IMG/VR virus record: IMGVR_UViG_3300025773_000007 | Span: 1 to 62,496 of that record | From: a virus | Taxonomy: Duplodnaviria > Caudoviricetes | Direction: 5' to 3' (one strand) | DNA: 62,496 bases | Part shown: piece by piece, positions 9,141 through 19,986 of the stretch | How the letters are laid out: each line of letters starts with the position of its first letter | Numbering within the stretch: position 1 is the first letter of the stretch | Position numbers and translations under genes: made by a program | Notes under the pieces: generated by a model | Seen by the model: only the letters and a program-made list of their open reading frames with translations | Database searches by the model: none | Told to the model about the DNA's origin: nothing

Positions 9141-11441
9141 ATGGCTGTTGGTCGAATTTCGGGTCCGCTCTTAAAGGACAACCTCCTACGCAATGGCGTA
9201 GACTTGGCCTTCGAGACGAGCCTTCTTTACTTGGATGTTACAAACAGCCGCGTAGGTATTAATAATGCCACACCCGCTAGCGACCTCCATGTAACTGGAA
9301 CCACCCGTACTACCAATCTATATGTAACAAATCAAACACAAATTGGCCAACCTGGCAGTATGTTTACTGTCAGCGGCAACACTATTGCCAGTGATAATTC
9401 AACAATTAATCTAACCCCAAGCGGATCAAACGCTGTAGTTTATCAAGGGTTAATCAGTGTTGGACAGTTGACTATTGGAACAAATAACATAAGTTCCACT
9501 GGTACAAATACAGATATAAACATAAATCCAAGCGGCACTGGCCAACTAGTTGTTGGTACTGTATCTGCAAATCGAAACGTATTAATCAACGGAAACTTAC
9601 ACGCAACTGGCGTAATCACAGCCGACGGTAATATTCAGCTGGGTAATCAAACTAGCGACACCGTTACATTTGATGCCGAAGTAAACAGCGATATTATACC
9701 TAGCACAAATAACTATTACAACTTAGGTTCTAGCTCAAATGCTTGGAAAAACTTGTATGTTACTAATGTAAGTGCCACCGGAATTACCACAACTGATTTT
9801 ACATCAAGCGGTAATTTAACTATAAATGGCACTACTACTATTAGTGGTACTACTACAATTGGTGCAGATAGTACTAATTTGCTAAATGTAATTGCTAGAA
9901 TTAATAGCAATTTAATTCCTAACACAACTTTACTCTACGATTTAGGAGCCAACGGGTTATACTGGAATACAGCATATATTAATACCGTAACTACTAGCGG
10001 CTTAACTATTACAAATAATAGTATTACCAGTACAGCCACTAACAGTAACTTGTTACTAAGCGCCAACGGTATTGGTCAAGTTTATATTCCAAGTAATAAT
10101 CTACAAGTAGATAATAATGCCAATATACAAGGCAATTTAACTGTAGGCGGAACAACTAGTTTACAAAATGTTGGAATAACTGGCACCTTAACCCAAACTG
10201 GTAATTTTACACAAACTGGTAATTTTACAACCAGCGGTAATGTACAAGCAGGTAGCCTTAGTGTTTTTGGAACTCTTACAATTCCTAATTTTATAATTAG
10301 CGGTAGCACAATTACTAGTACTACTAACAATGCTAATTTTAATTTAGTAACTACTGGATCTGGACAAGTCTACATACCTAGTAGCCTTTTAATTAGTCAG
10401 AATCTTGCAATCCAAAATAACTTAATAGTTTCTGGAACTAGTACATTAGCTGGTACTAGTATAAATGGTACAGTTGGACAAACTGGTAATTTTAATCAAA
10501 CTGGTAATTTTACTACCAGCGGCAACTTAACAGTTACTGGTAATGCTAGCATTTCTGGCAACTTAACTATTCCAAATATCACCATTGGCGGAAGTACCAT
10601 TGCTACCAACCAAGGTAATTTAGATCTGAACATTCAAGGATCTGGCACAGGTAGTGTTATAGTAGAAAGTGTTAAATTCACAGATAACAATATTCAAAGT
10701 GTTGGAACAAATGCAAATTTATTATTAACACCTCAAAGTAATGCCAGTGTTATTATAAACAACAACGGTAGTTTTGTACTACCAGTTGGAACAACAAGCC
10801 AGCGTCCTGATCCTGCTAGTAACGGTATGATCCGTTATAATACTGATTTAAAAAGATATGAAGGCTACAATGTAGATAACTGGTATAAATTGGGCGGAGT
10901 AGAAAGTGCTGATGGAAAAACAAGAATAACACCAGAATTAACACCTGGCGCCGGTGATAATATTATTAGATTCTTTGCAAACAATGTTCTTGTAGCAACA
11001 ATAGACCCTGCTAAATTATACACAATTGATTTTCAAACAAGTAATTTAGACATAAGTAATAATACAATTAGTGCAATCTCGCCTAATACAGATATCAATT
11101 TAAACACATCAGGTTCTGGTGGAGTTCTTATAGGAAATCTGCGTTTTGCGGGCAATAGCATTACTAATGTAGCATCAAACGCGGTAACAGAATTTGTAGA
11201 AAACGGTAATGGATATGTTAAAATATCCGGAACTTACGGACTAGTAATACCAAGCGGCGATGAAAATCAGCGCCCTGCTTTGCAATATACTGAAGTCGGT
11301 ATGACTCGTTATAATACTACATATCAATATGTTGAAGTATTCAACGGCGTTAGTTGGACCAGCGTTTCTGGTACAAGTACTGGTGTTACATTTAATGATG
11401 CAACTGATATTGGTATTGAAGCTGCACTAATGATAGGATAA
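9141..11441 (+). CDS. Virion structural/fibre protein, paralogue of 6617..9010
   Basis: 766 aa. MAVGRISGPLLKDNLLRNGVDLAFE, VGINNATP, about 95-aa internal repeats, two LPxG..QRP..GM.RYN modules, C-terminus IEAALMIG. Confidence 0.7.
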   Translation: MAVGRISGPLLKDNLLRNGVDLAFETSLLYLDVTNSRVGINNATPASDLHVTGTTRTTNLYVTNQTQIGQPGSMFTVSGNTIASDNSTINLTPSGSNAVVYQGLISVGQLTIGTNNISSTGTNTDININPSGTGQLVVGTVSANRNVLINGNLHATGVITADGNIQLGNQTSDTVTFDAEVNSDIIPSTNNYYNLGSSSNAWKNLYVTNVSATGITTTDFTSSGNLTINGTTTISGTTTIGADSTNLLNVIARINSNLIPNTTLLYDLGANGLYWNTAYINTVTTSGLTITNNSITSTATNSNLLLSANGIGQVYIPSNNLQVDNNANIQGNLTVGGTTSLQNVGITGTLTQTGNFTQTGNFTTSGNVQAGSLSVFGTLTIPNFIISGSTITSTTNNANFNLVTTGSGQVYIPSSLLISQNLAIQNNLIVSGTSTLAGTSINGTVGQTGNFNQTGNFTTSGNLTVTGNASISGNLTIPNITIGGSTIATNQGNLDLNIQGSGTGSVIVESVKFTDNNIQSVGTNANLLLTPQSNASVIINNNGSFVLPVGTTSQRPDPASNGMIRYNTDLKRYEGYNVDNWYKLGGVESADGKTRITPELTPGAGDNIIRFFANNVLVATIDPAKLYTIDFQTSNLDISNNTISAISPNTDINLNTSGSGGVLIGNLRFAGNSITNVASNAVTEFVENGNGYVKISGTYGLVIPSGDENQRPALQYTEVGMTRYNTTYQYVEVFNGVSWTSVSGTSTGVTFNDATDIGIEAALMIG
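10194..10514 (+). repeat. Intragenic 18-bp tandem repeats (QTGNF[T/N]) at two sites 285 bp apart
   Basis: CAAACTGGTAATTTTA-xx twice at 10194-10229 and twice at 10479-10514. Related copy at about 7673-7699 in the paralogue. Confidence 0.8.
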
Positions 11442-11445
11442 AATA

Positions 11446-11778
11446 ATGACAACAGCTTTTAAAAACGTATTGAATTCAGGATTAGGAACAAGTCCTACTA
11501 CTGTATTAACCACAAATAACACTGCACGAACTACAGTAATTGGTTTAAGTTTGACCAATACAACTTCTGGCATTATTTTAGCCAGTGTACAATTACAAGA
11601 CACTGTGGCTAGTACTAGCGCCTATTATGTTCAGAATATTGTTATACCTCCTAATACAAGTGCTAGAGTAATTAACGGCGGCGAAAGACTAGTCTGTGGT
11701 CCAAGTACAAATATTATAATAACATCTAATACAGCAAGTAGTATTGATCTTGTTATGAGCTACGTTGAAATAAGCTAA
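11446..11778 (+). CDS. Small structural protein, 110-120 aa family (copy 2)
   Basis: VIGLSLTN...IVIPPNTS...GERLV...MSYVEIS. Follows a gene ending in a hydrophobic helix. Confidence 0.6.
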   Translation: MTTAFKNVLNSGLGTSPTTVLTTNNTARTTVIGLSLTNTTSGIILASVQLQDTVASTSAYYVQNIVIPPNTSARVINGGERLVCGPSTNIIITSNTASSIDLVMSYVEIS

Positions 11779-11788
11779 GGATAAAATT

Positions 11789-12172
11789 ATGACCTATTAT
11801 GTTGGTAACGAATACAATTTAAATGATTTGCTAGGAGATGGAAACCCTAGATATTTTTACGCTCTACAAAGATTAGACGACGGTACTCTTTATTTTTATA
11901 AAGTTGATCAGTTAAGTAGCTCAGGAACAATCACGGTAAACGTTCCAGGTTTAAGTCAGAATAATTTTGAAAATTTTGAATATGGTGTAGATTTCTTTGA
12001 TGGACGATTGGCAACTGACCATAGTCGTCCATATCCTAATTTACAATTTGATCAATATCGATGGGACAATAAAAATTGTTATTATTATCTAGATACTGCA
12101 ACTGGACAGCTAGTTGTTAGAATTAATCAAGCGTATACATATTCGCAAGCTCAAATAATTAGTTCAAATTAA
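11789..12172 (+). CDS. Hypothetical virion protein
   Basis: 127 aa, aromatic/acidic, with RBS AAGGA inside the structural operon. No motif I can name. Confidence 0.55.
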   Translation: MTYYVGNEYNLNDLLGDGNPRYFYALQRLDDGTLYFYKVDQLSSSGTITVNVPGLSQNNFENFEYGVDFFDGRLATDHSRPYPNLQFDQYRWDNKNCYYYLDTATGQLVVRINQAYTYSQAQIISSN

Positions 12173-12187
12173 TAGGAAAAGAATAAA

Positions 12188-15100
12188 ATGGCAGCAGAAT
12201 TTAAAATTGGAAGACTAAAATTTACCTGGGAAGGTCAGTGGACGCCAAATACTTTTTATAATCGCGATGCGGTTGTTGGGTATCAAGGTAAAACCTATGT
12301 ATGTCTAGTTCCTAACACATCAAACAGTACAAATTTTTACACAGACTTGTATTCTAGTCCGTATCCTTATTGGAATTTAGTACTCGACGGCAAAACTTTT
12401 TCTGGAGCATGGACTACAGGAACAGCTTATAGTCTAGGTAATTTAGTTATCAGCGGCGGTGTTATGTATTATTGTAACACTAATCACACTAGTTCGACAT
12501 TTGCAACTGACGCTGCTAAGTGGGCCATCTACAATGAATTTTTCTCTTGGCATACTACGTGGACTACTAGCACAGCTTATAGTCTAAATGATATTGTAAA
12601 GTATGGTGGAATTGTTTACAAGTGTATTGTTAACCATACTAGTGCTTCGACTACGGCTCTTGGTTTAGAAGCTAATCAAAGCAACTGGAGTACATTCTAC
12701 AGCGGAATTGAATATAAAGGCAATTGGCAATCTAATTACAGATATAAAGCTAATGATGTTGTAAAAATTGGAGCAGATTTATATCAAGTTACAGTTGGAC
12801 ATACATCTTCAAGCATTCCTGCTTCAGGAAATTTCACAATGTATATACCAGGCCAGGAAGAGCAAGGTGCCTGGAGTTCTTCAACAGTTTATCAAAAGGG
12901 AGATATTGTTAATTACGGTGGATATAGTTATATCTCAAATACATTTGACAATACAAACAATACTCCGTCAACTGATACTACCGATTGGAGTGTACTAACA
13001 CAAAATTATTTGTTAATGGGTGACTGGGCATATAATGTTGCTTATCAAGTAGGAGATGTTGTTCGTAAAGGCGGAGAAGTATTTGTAGCAATACAAGATA
13101 ATTCAGCTCAAGACCCTACCAGTTTTAGTTATACTACTAACTATAACTCAACAGGTAGTAGCGGAACCACGCTAGTAGTTACTTCATCATTAGGAATTGT
13201 ATTAGGAATGACAGTGGTTGGTAACGGTTTTGCTAGCGGACAATATGTTACTAAAATTATTAATAGTACAACTGTATTATTAAGTTCTCCGCCCGATACA
13301 GCTTTAGTTAACGCACAAAATTTAACATTTTCAGGTGTAAGTCCTTACTGGAGTGAACTATCTCCAGGTGTTCGCTGGAGAAGTTTTTGGTCAGCTGGTA
13401 CACAATATACTATCGGTGACCTTGCCTTGTATAAAAATTATACATATCGTTGTATTACAACACATGTCGGTAGCGTATTAAATCGACCAGATGTAGATAC
13501 AAATAGTAGTTTCTGGGTAGTATATACTAGACATGCTACACGCAATGCATTAGTCAAACAAGGTGATATTGTTACATATAGTAACGGTGCTACAACCAAT
13601 ATACCAATTGGTACAAACACGTATTTGTTAAAATCTAACGGAACACAATCTAATTATTCAACTATTTTAATAACACCGAATGTTTATTATGTTGCTCCTA
13701 ATGGTGTTGATAGTCTTACCGCAGGTACTTCTTGGGATCAACCTTGGAAGACTATTAAGTATGCATGTAACTTTTTATTAAAAGGTACATTAAATCCAAA
13801 TGCATCAACTTTGTTAACTTCTAATAAAGAATTTATTGTTCAAGAAGTTTATAATTATTTACAATACACATACAGTACAAATGTTAGTTCGTCTACAGGT
13901 ATATTATTCACTTGTGCTTCAACTAGCAATTTTGTAGTTGGCATGCCAATTGCATTTGGCGGATCAGTGTTTGGCGGCGTGACAACTAATACACAATACT
14001 TTGTTCAAAATATTGTTAACCCAACAACATTCTCAATTAGTACTACATTAGGCGGCTCTGCTGTAGCATTAAGTAACGCCAGCGGTGCTATGCCGGCCTA
14101 TTATTATAATCCAACAAAAACACAACGCGATGCTAGATTAATTATCGATTCAATAAATTATGATCTAGTAAGGGGCGGGAATAGCCAAACAGTTGCGGCT
14201 ACATTGGCTTTTTTTGCTTACGGTAGTTCAACAACTTATATTAATACAAATGTAGCCACTCAGATACAGTATTTTATCGCTGCTTTAAATTATGCATATA
14301 CCCTTATCCCAAGTGCTATAAATCAAGGTCAGCCAGCACGAAATTATCAGGCGTTGAATAATGTTGCAAGTCCAGCATCACAAATTGTAAATTTTTCTGT
14401 TACAGCTGAATCTGGTTCGCTATCTACCATACAATCTTTGTTGTCAATAATTATTACAGCACTGACTAATCAAAGTACCGCATCTGTTCCTACATCAAAT
14501 TCAGGTATTAGTGCTACAATTTATATTAAGTCTGGTACGTATAACGAAACATTACCTATTACTGTTCCTGAAAATGTAGCATTAGTAGGTGATGAATTGC
14601 GCGGCACGGTGGTAAGTCCAAATGTTATTATTAACACTTATGTGACTTATACCAATGGCAATACCAATTTAATTACAGCTAGTACAACTAATGGATTGTA
14701 TGATCAATGTCCTATACAATTCTCTGGAACAACATTTGGTAATTTAGCAACCGCCACTACTTATTATGTGATTGGTTCAACTATTTCCGGAAATCAATTT
14801 GCTATTAGTATTACACCGGGCGGTGGCCCATTACAACAACAAACAGCGGTTGGATCAGTAAGCATGTTTGGCGGTGATGCTATACAAAACATGTTCTTGA
14901 TGCGTAACGGTACTGGTCTACGAAACATGACTCTACAAGGCTTATTGGGAACATTAAGTATTGCTGATTCAAACGGCATTCAACAAACTACCGGTGGTGC
15001 TTATTCTAGTCTAGATCCAGGTGCTGGACCTAATGACACTACCACATGGATTTTCCGTCGTAGTCCGTATTGTCAGAACGTTACACTATTTGGATCTGGT

Positions 15101-18100
15101 TGTGTCGGCATGAAAATTGACGGTAGTTTACACAACGGTGGAAATAAATCCATGGTGGCTAACGACTATACTACATTGATACAAGACGGTATTGGGGTAT
15201 GGTGTACCAATAGTGATGCAAAAACTGAATTAGTATCCGTGTTTGCCTATTATAGCTATGCAGGATATTACGCTCAGAACGGAGGACGTATTCGTGCTAC
15301 CAATGGTAATACTTCGTATGGAACATATGGTGTTATTGCTGAAGGATACGACTCAACAGAAATTCCAATTTCTGGTAATGTATATAACCTGAGCGGACAA
15401 GCCAGTGCTAGTGTAGTTAGTGCGTTTACTAATAGTGGAGCAATACAAAAATTACAATATTCAGATGCTGGTGTGAACTATACACAAACTTCTACAAATT
15501 TATTGCAAAATAGTAATAACTTTGGAACAGGTTGGTCAAACGATGGTAATGTTTCATTCAGTCAAAATCCTACATCTCCGTTTGGAGTTACTGATGCATG
15601 GACCTTAACTGGAACAAATTCTGTTGCAAATCAAGGCTACTTATATCAAACCATATCAGTTAATCCACAAGGTGCCACTTATACAGGATTGAGCGCAAGT
15701 AATTTAAGCGGTAGTGGTAGTAATGCTACTTTTAACGTTACAGTTACAAGTACAGCTTATGTTGTAACAGCAAACTTTGGTGGTAGCGGATATGCGACGA
15801 CCAACCAGTTAAGAATTTACGGTAGTGTATTTGGAGGTATAACTGGTGTAAATGATTTAACTATTACTGTTACTGGTTTATCTGGTAGTAGTATTTTAAA
15901 CGTTACTGGAGCAGGAGTAGTTCCAGCTGGTAGCGCATTAAATTATACATTTAGTTTATATGTACAACAGGGTACAGCATCTAGTATAGATATACAAGGT
16001 GTGTTTTCTGGTAGCAATAATTCTGGTGGCGGCATAAACTATAATTTTGGATCTGGAGCAATTACAACAACAACTAGCGGTGTAGGAACAGCTCCTACGC
16101 TGTACGGAGTTAATACTATAACAAACGGTTGGTATCGCATTTGGTTTGCTTTGAACGATACAACTGGTTTGAATACATCTTTAACTTATAATATCTATCC
16201 AAGAAGTATATCTGGAACTAGCGGATACACTATATGTTACGGACCGCAATTAGAAATAAATTCAAGCCCAAGTTTTTATTTAGAAACATCTACTGGAACT
16301 TATACAGCCTATGCTAACTATAAAATAGTAGGTGCAGGTGCAGGTGCAAACTTGTTAGGTGATGAACTTCGTTCAAATGCTGTGTTCTCAACCCGTGTTA
16401 CTGATCCAGGATCTGGAGCTGGAGGTGCAGGATATAAAACAGCTAGTAACAATGCGCAAGGCGGAGCTGGTACATATATCATTCTTTCAGGCGCTGATAC
16501 TGGAACAAGTAGTCAATATACTGGATTACGAATATTTCTTAATAGTGGAACAGGTGCTGGACAATATGGTTACATTTCTAGCTACAATGCAAACACCAAG
16601 TATGCATATATATTAAAAGAAACATTTGTTCCTGTAACTGTAACAGCTTCGACTGGTAGCGGAACTAATACATTGACATTGGGTTCTGGAGATGTAAACA
16701 CATTATATGCCAATCAACCAATACAATTTATTCCTACAATTAATACAACAACAGTTACTGCAACAAACCAAGCATCTACAATCGCATCAGTAACTATAGG
16801 CGGAACAACTAGTACAATAACTGTCAATAGCACAGCACAAATGTATTATAACCAACCAATACAATTTTCAGGAAATGTGTTTGGTGGCGTAGTAACCGGA
16901 TACACATACTATGTTTATGCTGTTATTGATAGCCAGACAATTCAAATTAGCCAACAACTATATGGCAACCTGTGGCCTCTTACCAACGGCACTGGATCCA
17001 TGACAGTTACTTATTCTGCTGGAACTAGCTATTTGTATGGATTAAATGCCACAACTTCAATGAGTGTGAATCTTGCAATACAGTTTGTTGGATCAACATT
17101 GGGCGGAGTAACAACTGGTACAACATATTATGTTCAAGAAATACTTGATTCAAATACATTTACTATTTCAAATAGTTTAGTAACGGTTACAGCTAGTACT
17201 ACAACTGTATCTACAGATGGTACAAGACCTAATCAAATTACTGTTGATAATGCTAGTAATCTTGTGAGTTTAAATCCAATTATATTCACAGGCTCGACAT
17301 TTGGTAATATAGTAGCAGGACAAAAATACTGGATCAGTTATGTTCCTGATACAACTCACTTAACAGTGACTAGTAATATTATTGTGCAAACAGCTACTAA
17401 CACAGCTATTACGTCAAACTTGATTACAGTTGGTTCGACAGCAGGATTTATACCAGGAAATCCAATCAGATTTACAGGTAACGTATTTGGTGGCGCCAAT
17501 TTAAAAGTAGATACAACTTACTATATTTTAGTTGTTAACGATGCATTTACATTTACAATTAGTACACAGCCAAATGGTTCTGCTATTAATTTATCCACAG
17601 CCGTTGGATCGATGACAGTTAGAACAGCAGGAACCACCGTAGCACTTACCACAGCTAGTGGCACAATGACTGGTACTACTACAGCAGGAAAAACTACACT
17701 AACAGCTGGATCGGGCACCATGGTTGCTCAGTTCTCCACACCAATATTTGGTGGAGTAACAGCTGGTACAACTTATTATATCATGACTATTACTCCTGGT
17801 AGCCCTAATACTATACAGATTACGGCTAGTTCTGGAAGCCAAAGTCCAGTATCGTTGACAACAACTACTGGATCCATGCAATTTGGTACAGTTGGTTGGG
17901 ACCATGTGAATTCAGGAACTCCTGCGGCGGCTAACTTGGATACATCGACATTATATTATATTGAACCTCGTGTTACATATAGTGCTCCAGGATTTAATCA
18001 GTCAGCTGTTTACGGATTACCGGCATTAAGCGGAATAACTTATGCAGGTTTTGCGGCAGGTGACGGTTATTTCATGTGTGTTGCTGCGTCAGGAACAACT

Positions 18101-19951
18101 ATTGGATTATCTTCAGACGGCGGTACTTGGACACCGTTAACATTGCCAACTACAGGAACCTGGACTGGTATTGCTTACGGAAATAAAACTTGGTTTATTA
18201 TTTCAAATACAACAACTGGTTTATGGTCGAATAGTAATGGCTATAGTTGGCATACTGCATCATTACCAAGTGCTTCTTGGAATAAGATTGCGTACGGAAA
18301 TAACTCGTTTGTAATTATGGCAAGCGGTACTAGTTCAGCTGTTGCATATAGCAATAACAGAGGAGCCACTTGGTCTAGCGGGACTGGTTTAAGTTCTGCA
18401 GCCTGGACTGGACTTGCGTTTGGTGCTGGCACATTTGTAGCGGTAGCATCTGCTAGTCAGACTGTTGCTTACAGCACCAATAACGGAGCAACGTGGACTA
18501 CATTAACTTCTGCATTACCAACATCAGCTAGCTGGACAGCAGTATCTTATGGAAACGGAAGATTTGTTGCTATTTCAAGCGGATCAGTTTCGGCATATAG
18601 CTTCGATGGTATAACTTGGTATAGTTCTAGTTTGTCAATTGGCGCATCACGTTTAGTCTATGGTCAAGGTGTATTCCTTGCTTTAGGATCTACCACAGCA
18701 TACACCAGTGAAGATGGTATCAACTGGGTAACTAGAAGTGTAACTGGCGATACATATAGTGCATTGGGATTTGGATTTAATTCTTCTGGACAAGGTATAT
18801 TTGTTACAGCAGGTTATAACTCTGTTAACAGTTCTATAATTGGAAGTCAGATACAAGCAGGTGGCCGAGCAAGAGCTCGTGCAACTGTGGCCAGCGGAAC
18901 TATTACATCTGTTAATGTATGGGATCCTGGATCAAATTATACCAGCACTCCAACAGTGACTGTTACAGATCCAAATGTAACAACGTTTGTTGTTTTAAGT
19001 GCTAATACAGGAAATGGTTCATTAGGTAGTCCAACATTATTAAACACTGGATTGTCTTACGCATTTAGTACAACTGCTATTACCATTTGGGGTAGCGGTT
19101 ATGCTAACGAATATCAAACAGGTTATAATGTTGTTTGTAATAATATTACGGCATTACCAACACCAGGGTGTGATGTGATCTTTAACGGAAACAGTACAAT
19201 TTATAAATGTACTAGTGCTACACCTTTATACGGAACTGTGGCACCGTATTTGACATGTTCAATTGCACTAAGTCCTAGTATGAGTACAGCATTAAGTCCA
19301 GCTAATGGCACTAGTGTAATTATTAGAACTAAGTATAGTCAGTGTCGCTTAACCAACCATGACTTTTTAAATATTGGACTGGGTGACCAAGTGTTATCTA
19401 ACTACCCTGGATTACCAACTACAACATCGGTGCAACCTCAAAATCAAACTATTGAAGTAAACAACGGTCGTGTATTCTATACAAGTACTGACCAAGATGG
19501 TAACTTCAAAGTTGGTAATCTATTTGGAGTTCAGCAAAGTACAGGTATTGTTACATTAAGTGCAAGTCAGTTTGGACTTACTGGTTTGAGCCAGTTGTCA
19601 CTAGGCGGTATTAGTGTTGGTAGTTCAAGTGTTGTTATTACACAGTTTAGTACAGATCCTACATTCTCAGCTAATAGTGATAATATTATTTCAACACAAA
19701 AGGCTATCAAATCTTATGTAACAAGTCAATTAAGTCAAGGTGGTAGTAATACTACAACCGGCCAGTTGACAGCAGGCACTGTAGTAGTTGGAGGACCAAA
19801 TCTTATTACTAGTTCTATTCCGCAGGGAATTTCAGGATCCACTGTTAAGATTAACGTAAAGGTGAATATAGTTGGATCTAACGGAGCAGTAGACGGCAAT
19901 CTTGCAGCATTGAATTTCTTTATAAAAAATGCTTCAAGAAAGACACGTTAA
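12188..19951 (+). CDS. Giant tail fibre/spike-like structural protein (2587 aa)
   Basis: Seven N-terminal W...T.Y..gD.V.YgG..Y.C repeats (CBM5/12-like), a VYYVAPNG.D...GTY.E.LPITVP..V.LVGDELR beta-helix entry, repeated GMPI.F.G..FGG...TTYYV modules, W..IAYGN..FV propeller repeats and a C-terminal HDFL.IG...STDQDGNF...FSTD...TQKA domain. Confidence 0.8.
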   Translation: MAAEFKIGRLKFTWEGQWTPNTFYNRDAVVGYQGKTYVCLVPNTSNSTNFYTDLYSSPYPYWNLVLDGKTFSGAWTTGTAYSLGNLVISGGVMYYCNTNHTSSTFATDAAKWAIYNEFFSWHTTWTTSTAYSLNDIVKYGGIVYKCIVNHTSASTTALGLEANQSNWSTFYSGIEYKGNWQSNYRYKANDVVKIGADLYQVTVGHTSSSIPASGNFTMYIPGQEEQGAWSSSTVYQKGDIVNYGGYSYISNTFDNTNNTPSTDTTDWSVLTQNYLLMGDWAYNVAYQVGDVVRKGGEVFVAIQDNSAQDPTSFSYTTNYNSTGSSGTTLVVTSSLGIVLGMTVVGNGFASGQYVTKIINSTTVLLSSPPDTALVNAQNLTFSGVSPYWSELSPGVRWRSFWSAGTQYTIGDLALYKNYTYRCITTHVGSVLNRPDVDTNSSFWVVYTRHATRNALVKQGDIVTYSNGATTNIPIGTNTYLLKSNGTQSNYSTILITPNVYYVAPNGVDSLTAGTSWDQPWKTIKYACNFLLKGTLNPNASTLLTSNKEFIVQEVYNYLQYTYSTNVSSSTGILFTCASTSNFVVGMPIAFGGSVFGGVTTNTQYFVQNIVNPTTFSISTTLGGSAVALSNASGAMPAYYYNPTKTQRDARLIIDSINYDLVRGGNSQTVAATLAFFAYGSSTTYINTNVATQIQYFIAALNYAYTLIPSAINQGQPARNYQALNNVASPASQIVNFSVTAESGSLSTIQSLLSIIITALTNQSTASVPTSNSGISATIYIKSGTYNETLPITVPENVALVGDELRGTVVSPNVIINTYVTYTNGNTNLITASTTNGLYDQCPIQFSGTTFGNLATATTYYVIGSTISGNQFAISITPGGGPLQQQTAVGSVSMFGGDAIQNMFLMRNGTGLRNMTLQGLLGTLSIADSNGIQQTTGGAYSSLDPGAGPNDTTTWIFRRSPYCQNVTLFGSGCVGMKIDGSLHNGGNKSMVANDYTTLIQDGIGVWCTNSDAKTELVSVFAYYSYAGYYAQNGGRIRATNGNTSYGTYGVIAEGYDSTEIPISGNVYNLSGQASASVVSAFTNSGAIQKLQYSDAGVNYTQTSTNLLQNSNNFGTGWSNDGNVSFSQNPTSPFGVTDAWTLTGTNSVANQGYLYQTISVNPQGATYTGLSASNLSGSGSNATFNVTVTSTAYVVTANFGGSGYATTNQLRIYGSVFGGITGVNDLTITVTGLSGSSILNVTGAGVVPAGSALNYTFSLYVQQGTASSIDIQGVFSGSNNSGGGINYNFGSGAITTTTSGVGTAPTLYGVNTITNGWYRIWFALNDTTGLNTSLTYNIYPRSISGTSGYTICYGPQLEINSSPSFYLETSTGTYTAYANYKIVGAGAGANLLGDELRSNAVFSTRVTDPGSGAGGAGYKTASNNAQGGAGTYIILSGADTGTSSQYTGLRIFLNSGTGAGQYGYISSYNANTKYAYILKETFVPVTVTASTGSGTNTLTLGSGDVNTLYANQPIQFIPTINTTTVTATNQASTIASVTIGGTTSTITVNSTAQMYYNQPIQFSGNVFGGVVTGYTYYVYAVIDSQTIQISQQLYGNLWPLTNGTGSMTVTYSAGTSYLYGLNATTSMSVNLAIQFVGSTLGGVTTGTTYYVQEILDSNTFTISNSLVTVTASTTTVSTDGTRPNQITVDNASNLVSLNPIIFTGSTFGNIVAGQKYWISYVPDTTHLTVTSNIIVQTATNTAITSNLITVGSTAGFIPGNPIRFTGNVFGGANLKVDTTYYILVVNDAFTFTISTQPNGSAINLSTAVGSMTVRTAGTTVALTTASGTMTGTTTAGKTTLTAGSGTMVAQFSTPIFGGVTAGTTYYIMTITPGSPNTIQITASSGSQSPVSLTTTTGSMQFGTVGWDHVNSGTPAAANLDTSTLYYIEPRVTYSAPGFNQSAVYGLPALSGITYAGFAAGDGYFMCVAASGTTIGLSSDGGTWTPLTLPTTGTWTGIAYGNKTWFIISNTTTGLWSNSNGYSWHTASLPSASWNKIAYGNNSFVIMASGTSSAVAYSNNRGATWSSGTGLSSAAWTGLAFGAGTFVAVASASQTVAYSTNNGATWTTLTSALPTSASWTAVSYGNGRFVAISSGSVSAYSFDGITWYSSSLSIGASRLVYGQGVFLALGSTTAYTSEDGINWVTRSVTGDTYSALGFGFNSSGQGIFVTAGYNSVNSSIIGSQIQAGGRARARATVASGTITSVNVWDPGSNYTSTPTVTVTDPNVTTFVVLSANTGNGSLGSPTLLNTGLSYAFSTTAITIWGSGYANEYQTGYNVVCNNITALPTPGCDVIFNGNSTIYKCTSATPLYGTVAPYLTCSIALSPSMSTALSPANGTSVIIRTKYSQCRLTNHDFLNIGLGDQVLSNYPGLPTTTSVQPQNQTIEVNNGRVFYTSTDQDGNFKVGNLFGVQQSTGIVTLSASQFGLTGLSQLSLGGISVGSSSVVITQFSTDPTFSANSDNIISTQKAIKSYVTSQLSQGGSNTTTGQLTAGTVVVGGPNLITSSIPQGISGSTVKINVKVNIVGSNGAVDGNLAALNFFIKNASRKTR

Positions 19952-19958
19952 ACAAAAT

Positions 19959-19970
19959 GATAAATACTAT
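19959..19970 (+). promoter_or_regulatory. T4-like late promoter (GATAAATACTAT)
   Basis: In the 35-nt gap between the two giant genes, identical to 9019-9030, followed by RBS AGGA. Confidence 0.75.
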
Positions 19971-19986
19971 CACAGGATGATATAAA